Of a stretch of 64,000 bases of DNA, positions 1-11,908 are shown in pieces. The notes below the pieces were generated by a model. It saw only the letters and a program-made list of their open reading frames with translations, searched no databases and was not told the origin of the DNA. The stretch's first letter is position 1, and each line of letters opens with the position of its first letter. The position numbers and the translations under genes were made by a program. Origin of the DNA: Anthoceros angustus (lineage: Eukaryota; Plantae; Anthocerotophyta); NCBI GenBank assembly GCA_010909165.1, contig MU008169.1, positions 1,178,001 through 1,242,000 on the forward strand. The letters are read 5' to 3'.

Positions 1-930
1 GACCCGCGCCAATCCTTGGTTTCCTCCTCCTTTGTCGGCGATTGCTCTATCACCCCTCCTCCCCGGTTGCGGACAAGCTCGACCACCCCTAGGGCGTCTC
101 GCGCACACCACCTCTGTCAATCGGACGTCTCCAACCAGCCACAGCGGTGGGGATCTCAACCAGGAGTTATCGATGTGAGGCTGTGGCCCCTTTATACAAT
201 TCTTTGGGCGTCATAGCCACGGACTTTCCAGTCCTAAAAGCAATTTGAGAGCGAGCGCCCTACAATTTCTTAGGTCCGGATGGCATCCTATCAAAGTTCT
301 ATTCCTAGGATGCCACTACTCCCTGCCCATGTTATCTCACTCCCCTCCGATTTGGTCGCTTTGGCCCTTAGTCCTTCTTTGAATTTATGGGTCCTCCTTC
401 CTCGTTCTTTGATGCAGAAAATCCTCCCATAAACTCTCCTTTGTTTTCCATGATCCCAAGTCCCGGCTCCCTCACCAATCCTCCACCTCGGACCCTCAAT
501 GGTCCATATTTGGCCATTAGGCGGTCATTCAGCTGCAACCATGCTCTGCAAAACCCTCACGCCCACAGCGCCTCGGTGCTGATGCGTAACTCGGAATCTC
601 CCAAGGTCCCCGGGGTTTCTTCCTTCCGGAATCGCGAGCTCCGCCGCCACGGGCACGCCCTTCTGACCTCGTGCAGCTCGTGCCACCGGGGGAGTGCAGA
701 GCTACCCAGCCGGCGCCGTGCCTTTCAGTTCCCTTAGGGTTATATTTCCCGAAATCTCTCCGGCTTCCGCTACCACTTCTTCTTCATGTGCTCCTTCCTT
801 CGACCGCCCGTCAGTTCGCCCGTCTTGAAACATAGTCCCACTTTTGATCGACCACACAGTTCAACTACCGCCCGATTGGTTCGACCTCTAGCCTACGGAC
901 CTCTGCCAAATATGGGGACCCCCTCCCCCC
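1..930 (-). pseudogene. Unknown intronless gene, type alpha (3' end runs off the window)
   Basis: Near-identical to 7598-8550. Frameshifted minus-strand coding fragments lie downstream of a TATATA box at ~931-938. Confidence 0.45.
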
Positions 931-1160
931 ATATATAGACTTTCTATTAGATATTCCGAGACCAAAGGCCAAGGAATATCGAGTTCATAGTCTAAGGACC
1001 GATTATTATTCAACCCAGGAAACAACCCAAAAACTCATAGGTCAAGGACACTTTCTAGTATAAATATCCCTTCCTACTCACAACCTAGCTCGTTTTGACA
1101 CCAAACTTAGCAGAAAAAAAACAAAAAATCACTCAAAGACACAATCCAATAGGGAGTTTC
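925..1160 (-). promoter_or_regulatory. Conserved intergenic terminator/promoter spacer, copy 1
   Basis: T-rich tract after the upstream ORF, CCTTGGCC/CCTTGACC motifs and a TATATA box. The same module occurs at 2500-2730 and 8545-8775 and in diverged form at 9895-10125. Confidence 0.6.
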
Positions 1161-2510
1161 GAAATCCAGATCGTTTACAACCCTACAGGTGTGTAGTAAA
1201 CTATGGGATGTTGTAAAATACCATTGGCATGTTGTAAAAGAACCCGTTGTAATGGAGAAAGTCATATAGTAAATTGATGGCCCGTAGTAAACAAACATGC
1301 CATCGATGCATCCATAGCTCATTGTTTCAAGTGCCAAGTAGTATCCATTTTGTTTTGCCACGTCATTCTTTTGGCAAAACAAGCCACAGTAAAGTTGGAA
1401 TGAGGTTTAGTAAATTGAGGCTATACTTGAAAATAATACATGGACTTGGCTTGGTGCCTTCAATTGGCGTAGTAAAATGGGCGTGTGGTAAAATGCACCC
1501 CTTTGTGGCGCAATTAGTAAAGTATACTTTTCCTAGTAGTGGCGGGGGATGAAACATGGTGCTCTTGCATGGGAGAGTACTTGCAGTCTTCTGGTTCGCA
1601 TCCTTCACCGCCCTGGCAGGTTGATGATGACCATATGATAGAGTCTCGTGGGATCGTCACGCATGATGTATCCACCACGGTATAAAAAGGTCCCATCCGC
1701 CATTCGCAATGTATATAGAGCCCTCATGCGGAAAAATCCGCTCTCATAGTTATCGAAAACATAGCATTAAGCGGCGTCATGCGTATGTCGTTTTGGGACA
1801 AGCATATCTGGACTTAGTTTGATGGTAGCTCCATCCGGAAAGAGAAGAGGCCGGATGAGCCAGGCCAGGCGGACCCTCATTGCATCGAAAGGGCTAGTGC
1901 GATTGAGCGCAATGCAATGGGGCAAAATCCGGGGCTGCCTTCCCCAAAGCGGTGTAGGCGGGCGGCCGACGTGGGAATGGAGGAGTGCATGGAGGGCCCC
2001 TCTGTAAATGTACTTCTCTTGAGAGGCACAGGCCACATCCCTTCCCAGAGAGAGCAAAAGGACATGCTTCCCTAGCCTCTGAGAAAGGGGTCCATAGCCT
2101 CCTCAGAGATGCAGGAAAGGCCCTCCCTCAACACTCGAGGGAACTTCTAGAATGGGAGTTGCATTGAACCGAGAGGCCAAATTGGGGCGGAGGGCCCAAC
2201 CATGAAAGTAGATAGGCCTCCATGATTAAAAATGCCTCGGCTCGGCCATGATGCTGTTCCGCCAAGTGCGGTAGTTTGAAGGTGGGCCATGATGCCTTCC
2301 GAGTTCCTTAGGGTTATATTTCCCTCTCTACGCCGCCAACCGCTACCACTTCTTCTTCCGCGACCGCCTCCTTCCTTCCACGACCGCCCGCCCGTTCCGC
2401 CTTTCAAACATAGTCCCTGACACCCCCAACAACCACACACCAGCTCAACTACCGCGGTTGGTTCGACCTCTAGCCTGGACCTCGCCAAATATGGGGACCC
2501 TCCCATATAT
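1107..2510 (-). pseudogene. Unknown intronless gene, type beta body with an alpha-type 5' end
   Basis: 2305-2500 matches 731-925. The body is paralogous to 2740-3500 (ggaagggatgtgg motif, RILP, YV(F)DN, FT motifs). Confidence 0.45.
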
Positions 2511-2730
2511 ATAGACTTTCTATTAGATATTCCGAGACCAAAGGCCAAGGAGTATCGAGTTCATAGTCTAAGGACCGATTATTATTCAACCCGTGAAACA
2601 ACCCAAAAACTCATAGGTCCAAGGACACTTTCTAGTATAAATATCCCTTCCTACTCAAACCTAGCTTTTTGACACCAAACTTAGCAAAAAAACAAAAAAT
2701 CACTCAAAGACACAATCCAATGTGAGTTTC
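2500..2730 (-). promoter_or_regulatory. Conserved spacer, copy 2
   Basis: Near-identical to 925-1160. Confidence 0.6.
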
Positions 2731-2739
2731 AATCCGATT

Positions 2740-4650
2740 GCCATACCCTCACTTCCAACTCATGTTGTTATTGTTCGCCGCTGTAGCAGGTCATAGTAAT
2801 TTGAGTTCAGAGTAAAAACTACTTGAACGCTCCATAAGCTCTGCTGTAGTAACAAGTCCTGGTATAGTCCATTTGTGCCATCCCTATCCTTGGCCCTCGT
2901 ATTGGAATGAGGTAGGTAATGAGGCATACGTTCTCTTGAAAGGTCCTCGCTGTAAAATCAAATGTGGGTAAAATCCACCCTCTGTCGCGAGTCATCACTT
3001 CCACATTGACTGAGGGGATCTCGCCTTCATGGGAATACTCATTCCGTTCATCCTTCCGCCCCCTCCACCCTTCCATGAACTGTCCACAAAGTAGCCCCTT
3101 CATCCCCAACCACATCATGGAGTAAATTGCCCCCCCTCATAGGTCCCACGGGACAGCCTTCCCCAAATGTCGTAGCGCCCAGGATATCCGCCTCCTTAGT
3201 TATCGACATATTCCTCAGATAAACTTGTCCTCCTCCATACAACTCACGGGACTTGGGGTTTGAAGCTCCACTCCACTAAGAAAGACCATACTCCACGCCC
3301 TCACGGGTATCCATCGATGACCAATAGTCCAAGGCAGGTAAAATCCTACCCTTCCCCCACCTGTGGTCCCAAGACGTTTGAACATTGTTCTATCTCCACT
3401 CTCCGAGAGGCCTCCCAAGGCCACACATCCCTTCCGAAGAGCAGAGGCCTGTGCTCTAGTCTGAAAATGGACCTTCGCCTACCTCCGTTCCAACCCCCTC
3501 AGGTTTGCTTCGAAGGGGGTCTCTTGCCAGACCTTCATGCCCAACTTCCGAGAAGCTCCGCCTCGAGCCTCCATGGCCAATGTTTTCTGCTCCGTTGGCC
3601 CCGCCATGATCCCAACTCTTACCGCCCGTTCCGCCCGGGCTCCTTTGATGTCCCAAGCCAGATCTTTTACCTTCTGTCTCAGCTTTGGCCGATGGCGCTG
3701 CTGGATTCTCGGTGCCCTTGTGAAGACATCCGCCCCATCCCTTTCAGAAATCCCCACTGCCCGCCTTCTTCCCGCCACGTCCACTCCGATTTCTTCGCTT
3801 GCACCTGTGGATCGAGTCCCCGCCGGTTCTGTGGCTCCTATTCAAATAATGAGCTCCTTTGTTTGGATTAGTTTTCCCTATCTTCTTCTCTTTTCTTTTG
3901 GGCTTGCCCTTTCCCTCCTCCTCCCTCAAACCTCCCCGATTGTCGGGGTCTCCCCCTTCTTAGGACCCTCCCTCTCACGAACACGCCTCCCGCCGCCTTC
4001 AGGAGGCAGTACCACTTTCCCCGCTCCATGTCACCTTCCGCTCCGCCCATTCCCCTTTACCTTCCTCGCTCTCATACCCGGCGAGGGGCTCGAGGGTCGG
4101 GGTGGCCATCATGTTTGGATTCTCATTCGAGTGAACACTTCTCATCCCCCGGTTCAACGCCTCGTACGAGATAATGCGGACCGCTTGATCATTGATGCTA
4201 GCATCCCTCTCTCTATTAATCTCTGACTGGTTTCCCGAGCCTCATGTTGCACACGCCTGCCCTTCTTGGCCTAATGCTGAGAGTAGCAGATGGAGTTCCT
4301 TTGCAATTCCATCTGTGTTTTGTCCGATTCCATTCTTCCTCTGTCCCTGCCGCCTTGAAGTGTTTTTGGTTTTTCACCTCTCCTTGGTGTTCGCCTCGCG
4401 CACCCTGTTTTGCACTTCCTCCTGCCCTAAAGAGTGTCGCCCCAGTCCTCATCACCTCTCCTTCTCCTCTTCTTATTGAGGTCCTTCTCAGATCTTCCTT
4501 GGACTCTTGACGCTCTTGTTCACCATTCTTCTTTCTTCACCTTCTTCTCCTCCGCCCTATTCCCCCTCGCCTGGAATCCGAGACCCTGCAGTCGGGCGCA
4601 TTCGAAGGTGCTCGGGCCTATGATGTCCCCAAGCGCTTGCATAACTTACC
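2740..4650 (-). pseudogene. Unknown gene, type beta, with charged N-terminus and possible degenerate CCHC knuckles
   Basis: Paralogous to 1160-2100. E/K/R-rich frames at 3750-4560. ICYS..GQEG..C-like remnant near 4250-4292. Confidence 0.35.
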
Positions 4651-4829
4651 TATCAAAATGTCTCAAGCTTAATAAAAAGGCCTAGGATGGAGCAACCGTC
4701 ATGATAAGATAAGCTGGTCGACACGCAAAGCAGGAAGACAAAATACCAAACGCAACCTAAGGGTCCCCAATTTGTGAAAGGTCCCCAATGTGAGCCACGT
4801 CTTCTTCCAGAGCCACGTCCACTAATCTG

Positions 4830-5070
4830 ATTTACGGTTGCAATTGATGCATGTGGATCGAAGAGCGGTCACAGCGCAAGAGCGGAGAGGCGATCACACG
4901 CGATGAGCAAAAACGGTTATATTCAAATAATAAGAAGAACAGTCTTATAGTATAATGAAAAAGGTAGTTAGGGTTTATAACCCTTGTATCTTCTAGCGAC
5001 TCTTAATCAAAATATAAGTTAGGGTTACGGTTTGATAAAACACTTATCCAATACCCTCCCTGAAACCTAA
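4830..5070 (-). mobile_element. Possible polypurine tract plus short LTR remnant
   Basis: Minus strand agggagggta-ttggata followed by an AT-rich TATA/polyA-like tract. A copia RNaseH-tail-like VNTKENATILTKGLP lies upstream at ~5640-5685. Confidence 0.3.
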
Positions 5071-7039
5071 CCACCGTAAATTGATCACTGGTCAGGTAAA
5101 CCAAAAAACACATGTCTGAGGTGAGGAGCGTCGATTCAACAGCCGGATATCGATCTGGCCGTGCGCCGAGCGTGCATGGCATTGGCTAACGCTCTCGCTC
5201 TCTTGTTAGAGATCACGTTGCCGTTACGCGCGCCTGATACTCATCGCCACACGATCTGCGTCACACAAAGGTACAGCGAGAAAAACAACAAAGAAAGATC
5301 TTTTGTGGAAAAGTGGCGCGGTGCGGGGTTGGATTGCGAATCGGCAGGCGGTGGAACGCCGAGATCCGCTGCGGCCTTGCCCGGCGGTGATGATGAAGGT
5401 AAGTCGAGCGACTCTGCCTTGATTGTATCATGCTTTGAGCTTCATCCCGGGCTAACTACTATTAATTCCGGTGATGCTCTCGGCTGCCTGTGTAGAACCA
5501 CGGTATTCGAGGTTGGCCTAATGCAGCGGAGTAGCAGATTGGGAGTTCCCTTTTGCTGGAATTCCACTTTGCAAGCTTGAAAGGTCCGATCTAAGATTGA
5601 TTCCCAAGGATTGTCAGTGCTGCTCATGTGAAGATGTGGGGAGCCCCTTAGTTAATATCGTAGCGTTCTCCTTGGTGTTCACGTGCCAACCGAGATAAGT
5701 CCGCAGACGCCACTTTTCATGTTTCGCGGGTCTGAAGGCGCGTAAGCCTGGCATGCCCGATATGTGCCTGCTCAGAAACATGAACCTCGCGGGCATTGGA
5801 GAAAAGTCAGCGGGGTCGACCGAGGCCCTTGAGGCGTTAAACTAAACTTGGGCGGCGGAGGCTTGCCATTCATGGTGATTCACCATTCTTCTAGCGCCTG
5901 CTTGGCAATATTCAGCTCATTTCGCGAGAATCTTGGGAGGATGTGCGATTCAGTGAAGCGGTGGTGACGAGGAATTTGAGACTCCTAGCTCAACACGTGA
6001 AATAAGCGGATACAATGGATGACAATGATGGGCGTGAACCTTGCGAAGACCAGCGTATCACCCCAAAACCCTTTCCAGGAACAATGCGTTTGCCCTACGG
6101 TAGCATTATGTTACCGGTGAGGTGGTGTTGAAGAAGAGTGAAAGTATGTACATCTTTGGAAGACTCATCTTTCATGTTTGCCTCCTATCTTGCTAAAAGC
6201 GTTTCAAGAAAAGTCTGCGATTCTTGGATGCAGGAAAGGAGAATAGGAGGTACTTGGGCACTTGTTGACCGCTAGAAGGTGGTTGTCAATGGGGTTTTCG
6301 TCTAAAAGGCGCAAAAGGCCACATTACCCTCTGTCGTTATAGTCCTAGGTTTGATCCCAAGGAATGGTTTTGTCAAGATGTTCTAAAACTATGCGGTCTA
6401 GCTCTACACAACCTTGATCCTCCTACGGAGACGCTACCATACTTGAACCCTGCCGTGGAAGGCTGACCATCGCGGTGAGGGGGTTCGTACCGTAGTGGGC
6501 GGTTCAACGGCGTGGTGGGCCCCACCACGGCCGCGTGTGCGCGGTTTATGCGATGGTCGCGGTCCTCTGGCGTGGTCTCGGGGTTTATGATTTCGCGCTT
6601 TTACACCCTGGGTCACACTACTCTAATTCACTCCTGGAGACCGGCAGCTCCGAGCGTTCAGGATTAGTGCACCATGACCTGACACCACGGGCCTCACTCG
6701 GGTCGACCCTTGATCTCATCGCTCACTTCTCCCCTACAACATTCCCGTTTCCTCAAAACATACCACTACTCTCTGACGGCACACTTCTCTCCTTTCACTT
6801 TTTTTCCAAGACCTCCCCTCATTCACGCAGATACTTGTGGGTGTGAATTTGTGTCTAGGGACATGAGTGAGGTCCCATTCACCCTCAATGTATGTTGTAG
6901 GCTTAGGATTCGCTCCCAAGGAATGGTTTGTGCCAAGGCGCTAACTTCTAATCGACCTTCACCTAAGTCGGGACTTACACTATTACTCCTCTTACCTATC
7001 TACTCAACTACTACTACCTCCCGACTTGTCTAACCCACG

Positions 7040-7092
7040 GATCTTATTCCACAACCACGAATCTTATTCCACGACCGCAAATCTTATTCCAC
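7040..7092. repeat. Three tandem ~20-bp units with core atcttattccac
   Basis: Core repeated at 7041, 7060 and 7081. Confidence 0.8.
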
Positions 7093-7542
7093 GGCGCGGT
7101 GGCTCTCACCACCCTGGGTAGTTGCTTGACTCGAGGTGGGTCCCACGCCAAACCCTAGCGACTTATTTCCGGCGCCGCGCCGCGGATCCGCCGCGTCCAC
7201 CACGTGCAGATCGGACTTTATTCACTCCACACTTCATGCACACACACCATTCCTAGGGACCAAAGTTCCACAAATCCCTCACCGCTTCACACACACACAA
7301 AGGCGCCACACTCACACAATTTTACAAGGGAATTGTTTTCCTCTTGTGCACTTCCACCTTGACATGGATTCTTTTGGATCACACAAATCTCCAGTCTCTC
7401 AATTAGTTCCCTTCTCAACTCCTCTTACACCTCGCATCTCGGTGTTCGATCACTCCTTCACCCAATCTTCTCTCTCTCTCTCTCCCTCAATTCGCGGGCT
7501 TCCAACCATCCACTCAACACTTCTCTCTCAATTTGAACACAA

Positions 7543-8550
7543 CTAGAACAAGGGTGAAGGAAAGAAGAACCCCAGGCGTCGCGGGAGCAAGCTCCGGACC
7601 CGCGCCAATCCCTTGGTTTCCTCCTCCTTTGTCGGCCAAGATTGCTCTATCACCCTCCTCCCCGTTGCAGCAAGCTCTCGACCACCCCTAGGGCGTCTGC
7701 GCACACCACCTCTGTCATCGGACGTCTCCAACCAGCCACAGGCGTGGGGATCTCAACCGGGAGTTATCGATGTGAGGGGCACAACCAAGCCCCTTTATAC
7801 AATTCTTTGGGCGTCATAGCCACCGGACTTTCAGTCCTAAAAGCAATTTGAGCAGCGCCCCTACAATTTCGGACGGACCTTAGGTCCAAGATGGCATCCT
7901 ATCCAAAGTTCTATTCCTAGGATGCCACTACTCCCTGTTATCTCACTCCCCTCCGATTTGGTCGCTTTGGCCCTTCGTCCTTTCTTGCTGAATTTATGGG
8001 TCCTCCTTCCTCGTTCGATCTGGAAAATCCTCCCATAAACTCTCCTTTGTTTTCCATGATCCCAAGTCCCGGCTCCCTCACCAATCCTCCACCTCGGACC
8101 CTCAATGGTCCATATTTGGCCATTAGGCGTCAAATTCTGCTGCAACCTTGGCGCCATGCTCTGCAAAACCCTCACGCCCACAGTTCGATAACTCGCCTCG
8201 GAATCTCCAACTTGGTCAATCCCCGGGGTTTCTTCCTTCCAGAATCGCGAGCTCCGCCGCCACGGGGCACCCTTCTGACCTCGTGCAGCTCGTGCCTGTC
8301 GAGATCGTCTGGAGCTACCCATTGCCGCGCCTCGTGCCTTTCAGGTTCCCTTAGGGTTATATTTCCCGGAAACTCTCGGCCGGCTTCGCTACCACTTCTT
8401 CTTCGCATGACCGCTCCTTCCTTCCACGACCGCCCGAGTTCGCCCCGTCTTGAAACATAGTCCCGCACCCGGTCGACCACACACCGTTCAACTACTGCCG
8501 GTTGGTTCGACCTCTAGCCTACGGACCTCGCCAAATATGGGGACCCCCTC
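7543..8550 (-). pseudogene. Unknown gene, type alpha
   Basis: Overlapping frameshifted ORFs 8172-8480, 7938-8123 and 7543-7731 below a TATATA box at ~8552. Confidence 0.45.
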
Positions 8551-8775
8551 ATATATAGGCCTTTTTATTAAATATTCCAAGACCAAAGGCCAAGGAGTAT
8601 CGAGTTCATAGTCAAGGACCGATTATTATTTAACCACAAAACAACCCCAAAACTCATAGGCCAAGGACACTTTCTACTATAAATATCCCTTCCTACTCAT
8701 AACCTAGCTCTTCTTGACACCAAACTTAACAAAAAACAAAAATCACTCAAAGACACAATCCAACGGGAGTTTCCA
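8545..8775 (-). promoter_or_regulatory. Conserved spacer, copy 3
   Basis: Matches 925-1160. GGCCAAGG at 8588 and 8660. Confidence 0.6.
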
Positions 8776-8779
8776 ATAC

Positions 8780-9885
8780 CCGGATCAATACTCCTCTCGC
8801 TCCTTTCTCGAGGCCACAGATTCCCCCCCCTTATAGGGAATTGAACACGTTTTGATGAGCAGCGGTTTAGGGAAGGAGGGAGGAAAAAGCAGTCGATGCC
8901 AGGCGATTCGCTCGTGGCGGTCTCACCCAACCTCCGCGAATTCACTGCCCCTTCCACACGCCTTGCCGTCCTTCACCGTTCACTGCCCCAGACGTGGAGC
9001 TTTGCCACTCCGCTCTCGACCAGCCAGGATCTTCCGGTCTTCTTGTCGAGAAGACAGTGCATCACGCACCGATTGATCATGATCGACGTCTCCAATCAAC
9101 CTCAGCTGGCGGCTCCAGGCAACCGGAAGTTCACACCTGAAATTGTTTGTTAAGAGAGACACACAAAGGGTCTCTTATACATCTAGCAGTTCGGCCATTC
9201 CTCCCTCAGGTGTCCAAAATTGTAGCCCTCTACAGGCCTCCTACCAATCCGAACAGCTCTGACTGATCTCAAACATCCTATCCCTAACTTAGAAAAACCC
9301 GGACCTATGATGTCGCTCCCTTAAAATCGTGCGCCTCATGATTCTTTGCCTAGCCTGGCCCATGGATTATTCCCTCGCTCTCCTACCACGCCTCGATCCG
9401 AAGATTCTCCCTTAATACCTCCGTACTTACGCTGTCAGAGTCCTCTCACTCCCAAGGAGGTGCCTTTGTCATCGCCTCCGCGCCGCGTTGCCTCGCCCTT
9501 CGTCACTGGACAGCCAAACAGTGCGTTCCTCCATCCACGCTCTAGCATCATCTCTCTTCCGCTTATACCTCTCGCTAGCTTCTTGAACTTCTCGGTGCCG
9601 AGCGTCTCCACTTGTTCTGGGCTTGTGAAATTTCATTGGAGCTCCTCGTTTTGTCGCATGCGCCTCCTTCATAACTTCAACAGTCACTTGGGCTTGAACA
9701 TTTCCTTGAAATCTCATGAGTCAAGTACCAAGGTCGGTCTTCTTCTAATTGCGCTCCAACTGCACTGGTGCTCAGCTCACTTTATCGACCCCGGTTCCGA
9801 ACTAGGGTTGTTATCTCCCCCACGATGCTCATGCGTTCCATATTCGTGTTGTAGGAACTAGCCACCTCCCACTTCCCTCAGCCAT
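8780..9885 (-). pseudogene. Diverged paralogue of the type alpha gene
   Basis: LRLIGDVD versus LWLVGDVR. Shared DNA blocks gacgtctccaa and catcctatcc. ATG at 9885, just downstream of TATATA at ~9910. Confidence 0.45.
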
Positions 9886-11128
9886 TCTTGAAAGAAGGAT
9901 CCCCTACCTTATATAGACAATTTTTATTCCTAAAAATCCCAAGGTCCAGGGACCTTCTAGCACAGCTTGACATTCACAGTTCGAGGTCAAGGACTAAAAA
10001 GTAATATTGTCATGGGCCAAGGACCACTTTTACTATAAAAGGCCTTGCTTCGGACATTTCCTAAGCACTCCATCACACAAAACATAAGAAAAACAAAAAA
10101 GAACATTCAAACCAACAGTCCAGGGGAGGGTTAGTGTACATGTGGTCTTCCATAGTAGTGCAAAGGGGAAGGTGCTATAAACTATCAAAGGATAGTCATC
10201 TATCGTAGATAGGCAAGAGAGCTAGGAGGCTCGAGACACTTGTATACAAAACTTGTAATTAAAAAGTGATAATCAAAATGTCATGTATTCTCTCCCTCTT
10301 AAGCTACATAAGGTTAATGCCAGATAACCTAGCTTAGATCCTGGCTAAGCTAAAACCTTTCTATACCACAAAGTCACGCGAGGCGGACACTGTGGGTGGC
10401 AGCATCACTCTCAACTTCATATGCTTGAGGCGTGGCAGAGTGCAACCTGTGTTACTATCATCATGTCCTCCTCAGCTTCATGGCGTGCACCCGGTATTTG
10501 TCATAGTGCTTCCATTAGCTACACATTCCCTTTCATGCCGCCCCTTTCTCTCTACGATGAGGACCAGAAGTGGATCCTCTTACGACTCAAATTCAGCACC
10601 AAATGAGAGGAAGAAGAGAGGCGGCTGCAGGGAATTTTGCAAGTGGGCCTTGGCTCACGCTAGAGCAAGCGGAGGTGAGCGAGTGGGGAGGTGCAGCTAT
10701 GTATGGGGACTACGTGCAGAGGCTGGTGGCTCTGATTAGCCTTCACGGAGATCGGTTTGGAGGAAGGGACCCGGACTTTATCACTTTGGGAAAAACAATG
10801 CCAACATACAGGATAGCACAACCCAGGTTCAGCACTGCTCCAAGCCCTCAGAGAAACAATTGAGCTATTGGATAGCCTCAAGGGAGTGGAGAAGAAGAAG
10901 AAGGTGAAGGAAGAGGGTGGCAATGACGATTAGGTACTCGGGGATGCTTCATCAGGACTGTGCCTTTCCTTCTACCCACCATTGAACCGCAGGATGTACA
11001 CCTCTGTATGTGGCAGATAAAACAGAGTGTCTGGCTGCAGAGGAGGAGTAACATCAACAATACAACAAATTTGGATATCGTATCCAAAGCCCCCGCCCCC
11101 CTCCTCCCCCCCCAGATAAGTCCTGCCA

Positions 11129-11908
11129 TCACTTCTGTTGATATGCTGAACAGTCCACTAACCCGAGGCCCTCCATGTGCTCGTAGTGTCTATGGTTGGG
11201 GAGGCCATTTGTTAGGATATCAGCAGTGTTCAGATCTGTTGCCACATAGCTCACTTTTACAATCTCACGCTCCACAATATCTCTAATATAATGGTGTTGG
11301 ATTTCTATGTGTTTTGTCCTTGCATGAAATTTGGGGTTCACTACGAGTTCTATTGCTGACATGTTGTCACACAATATGGTTGGTTGACAGTACTGGAAAA
11401 CGGCTCCCACTCAGCCTCCTTCGAGGCCTCTATAAGGCTCTTGTACTCGGCTTCTGTTGACGATAGGGCAACTGAAGTTTGTTTCTTGCAACTCCAGTTG
11501 ATTGCCGTAGATGAAAGGAGGAAGCAGTATGTAGACAGGCTTCGACGTGATTCAGTATCCGATGCCCAATTTGTGTTAGTGAAACCTCTCAAGATAAGTT
11601 TCCGCTCCCCACTACTTCTGTAAGCAAGTCCATAGGATTGAGTTCCCTTTAGGTAACGGAAAACCCAGCAGTTCTTGTCGATGCGATTGGGTTCTCCAAG
11701 AGCTGACGGAGTGCTAACCGCAGTCGAATGTCGGTGATTCCAGCTTAGCAATAAATATGAGGCTTCCTATGGCATGCCTGTAGGGTACTTGAGCCATTTC
11801 CCTTATCTCTTCTGCACCTTGGGGACACAGTAAGCTGGTCAATTTTGTCCCTAGTGCATATGGAGTGGTAGAGGGCCTAGCTTGCTCAAGCTTGAACCTC
11901 CTAAGCTC
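11129..11908 (-). pseudogene. Ty1/copia RT C-terminus and RNase H
   Basis: VPYRHAIGSL, FRYLKGT, WSCKKQTSVALSSTEAEY, CDNMSAI..NPKFHARTKHIEI, ADILTNGL. Confidence 0.95.

Larger units (their letters stand above)
1..1160. repeat. Dispersed ~1.16-kb repeat, copy of 7598-8772
   Basis: Co-linear match from gacccgcgccaatc to gacacaatccaa..gggagttt, with scattered indels. Confidence 0.9.

Noticed and set aside
130-200. DUSP-domain-like PHIDNS motif in the alpha genes
   Set aside because: Single short motif, not conserved in the 8780-9885 paralogue.
5100-7030. Full copia or LINE pol
   Set aside because: Only one RNaseH-tail-like peptide and a short internal duplication (~6325-6400 vs ~6876-6950); too degenerate to call.
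7040-7092. CRISPR-like repeats (also 15088-15245 and 54682-55060)
   Set aside because: Cores are too short, spacing is irregular, there are no cas genes, and the context is eukaryotic.
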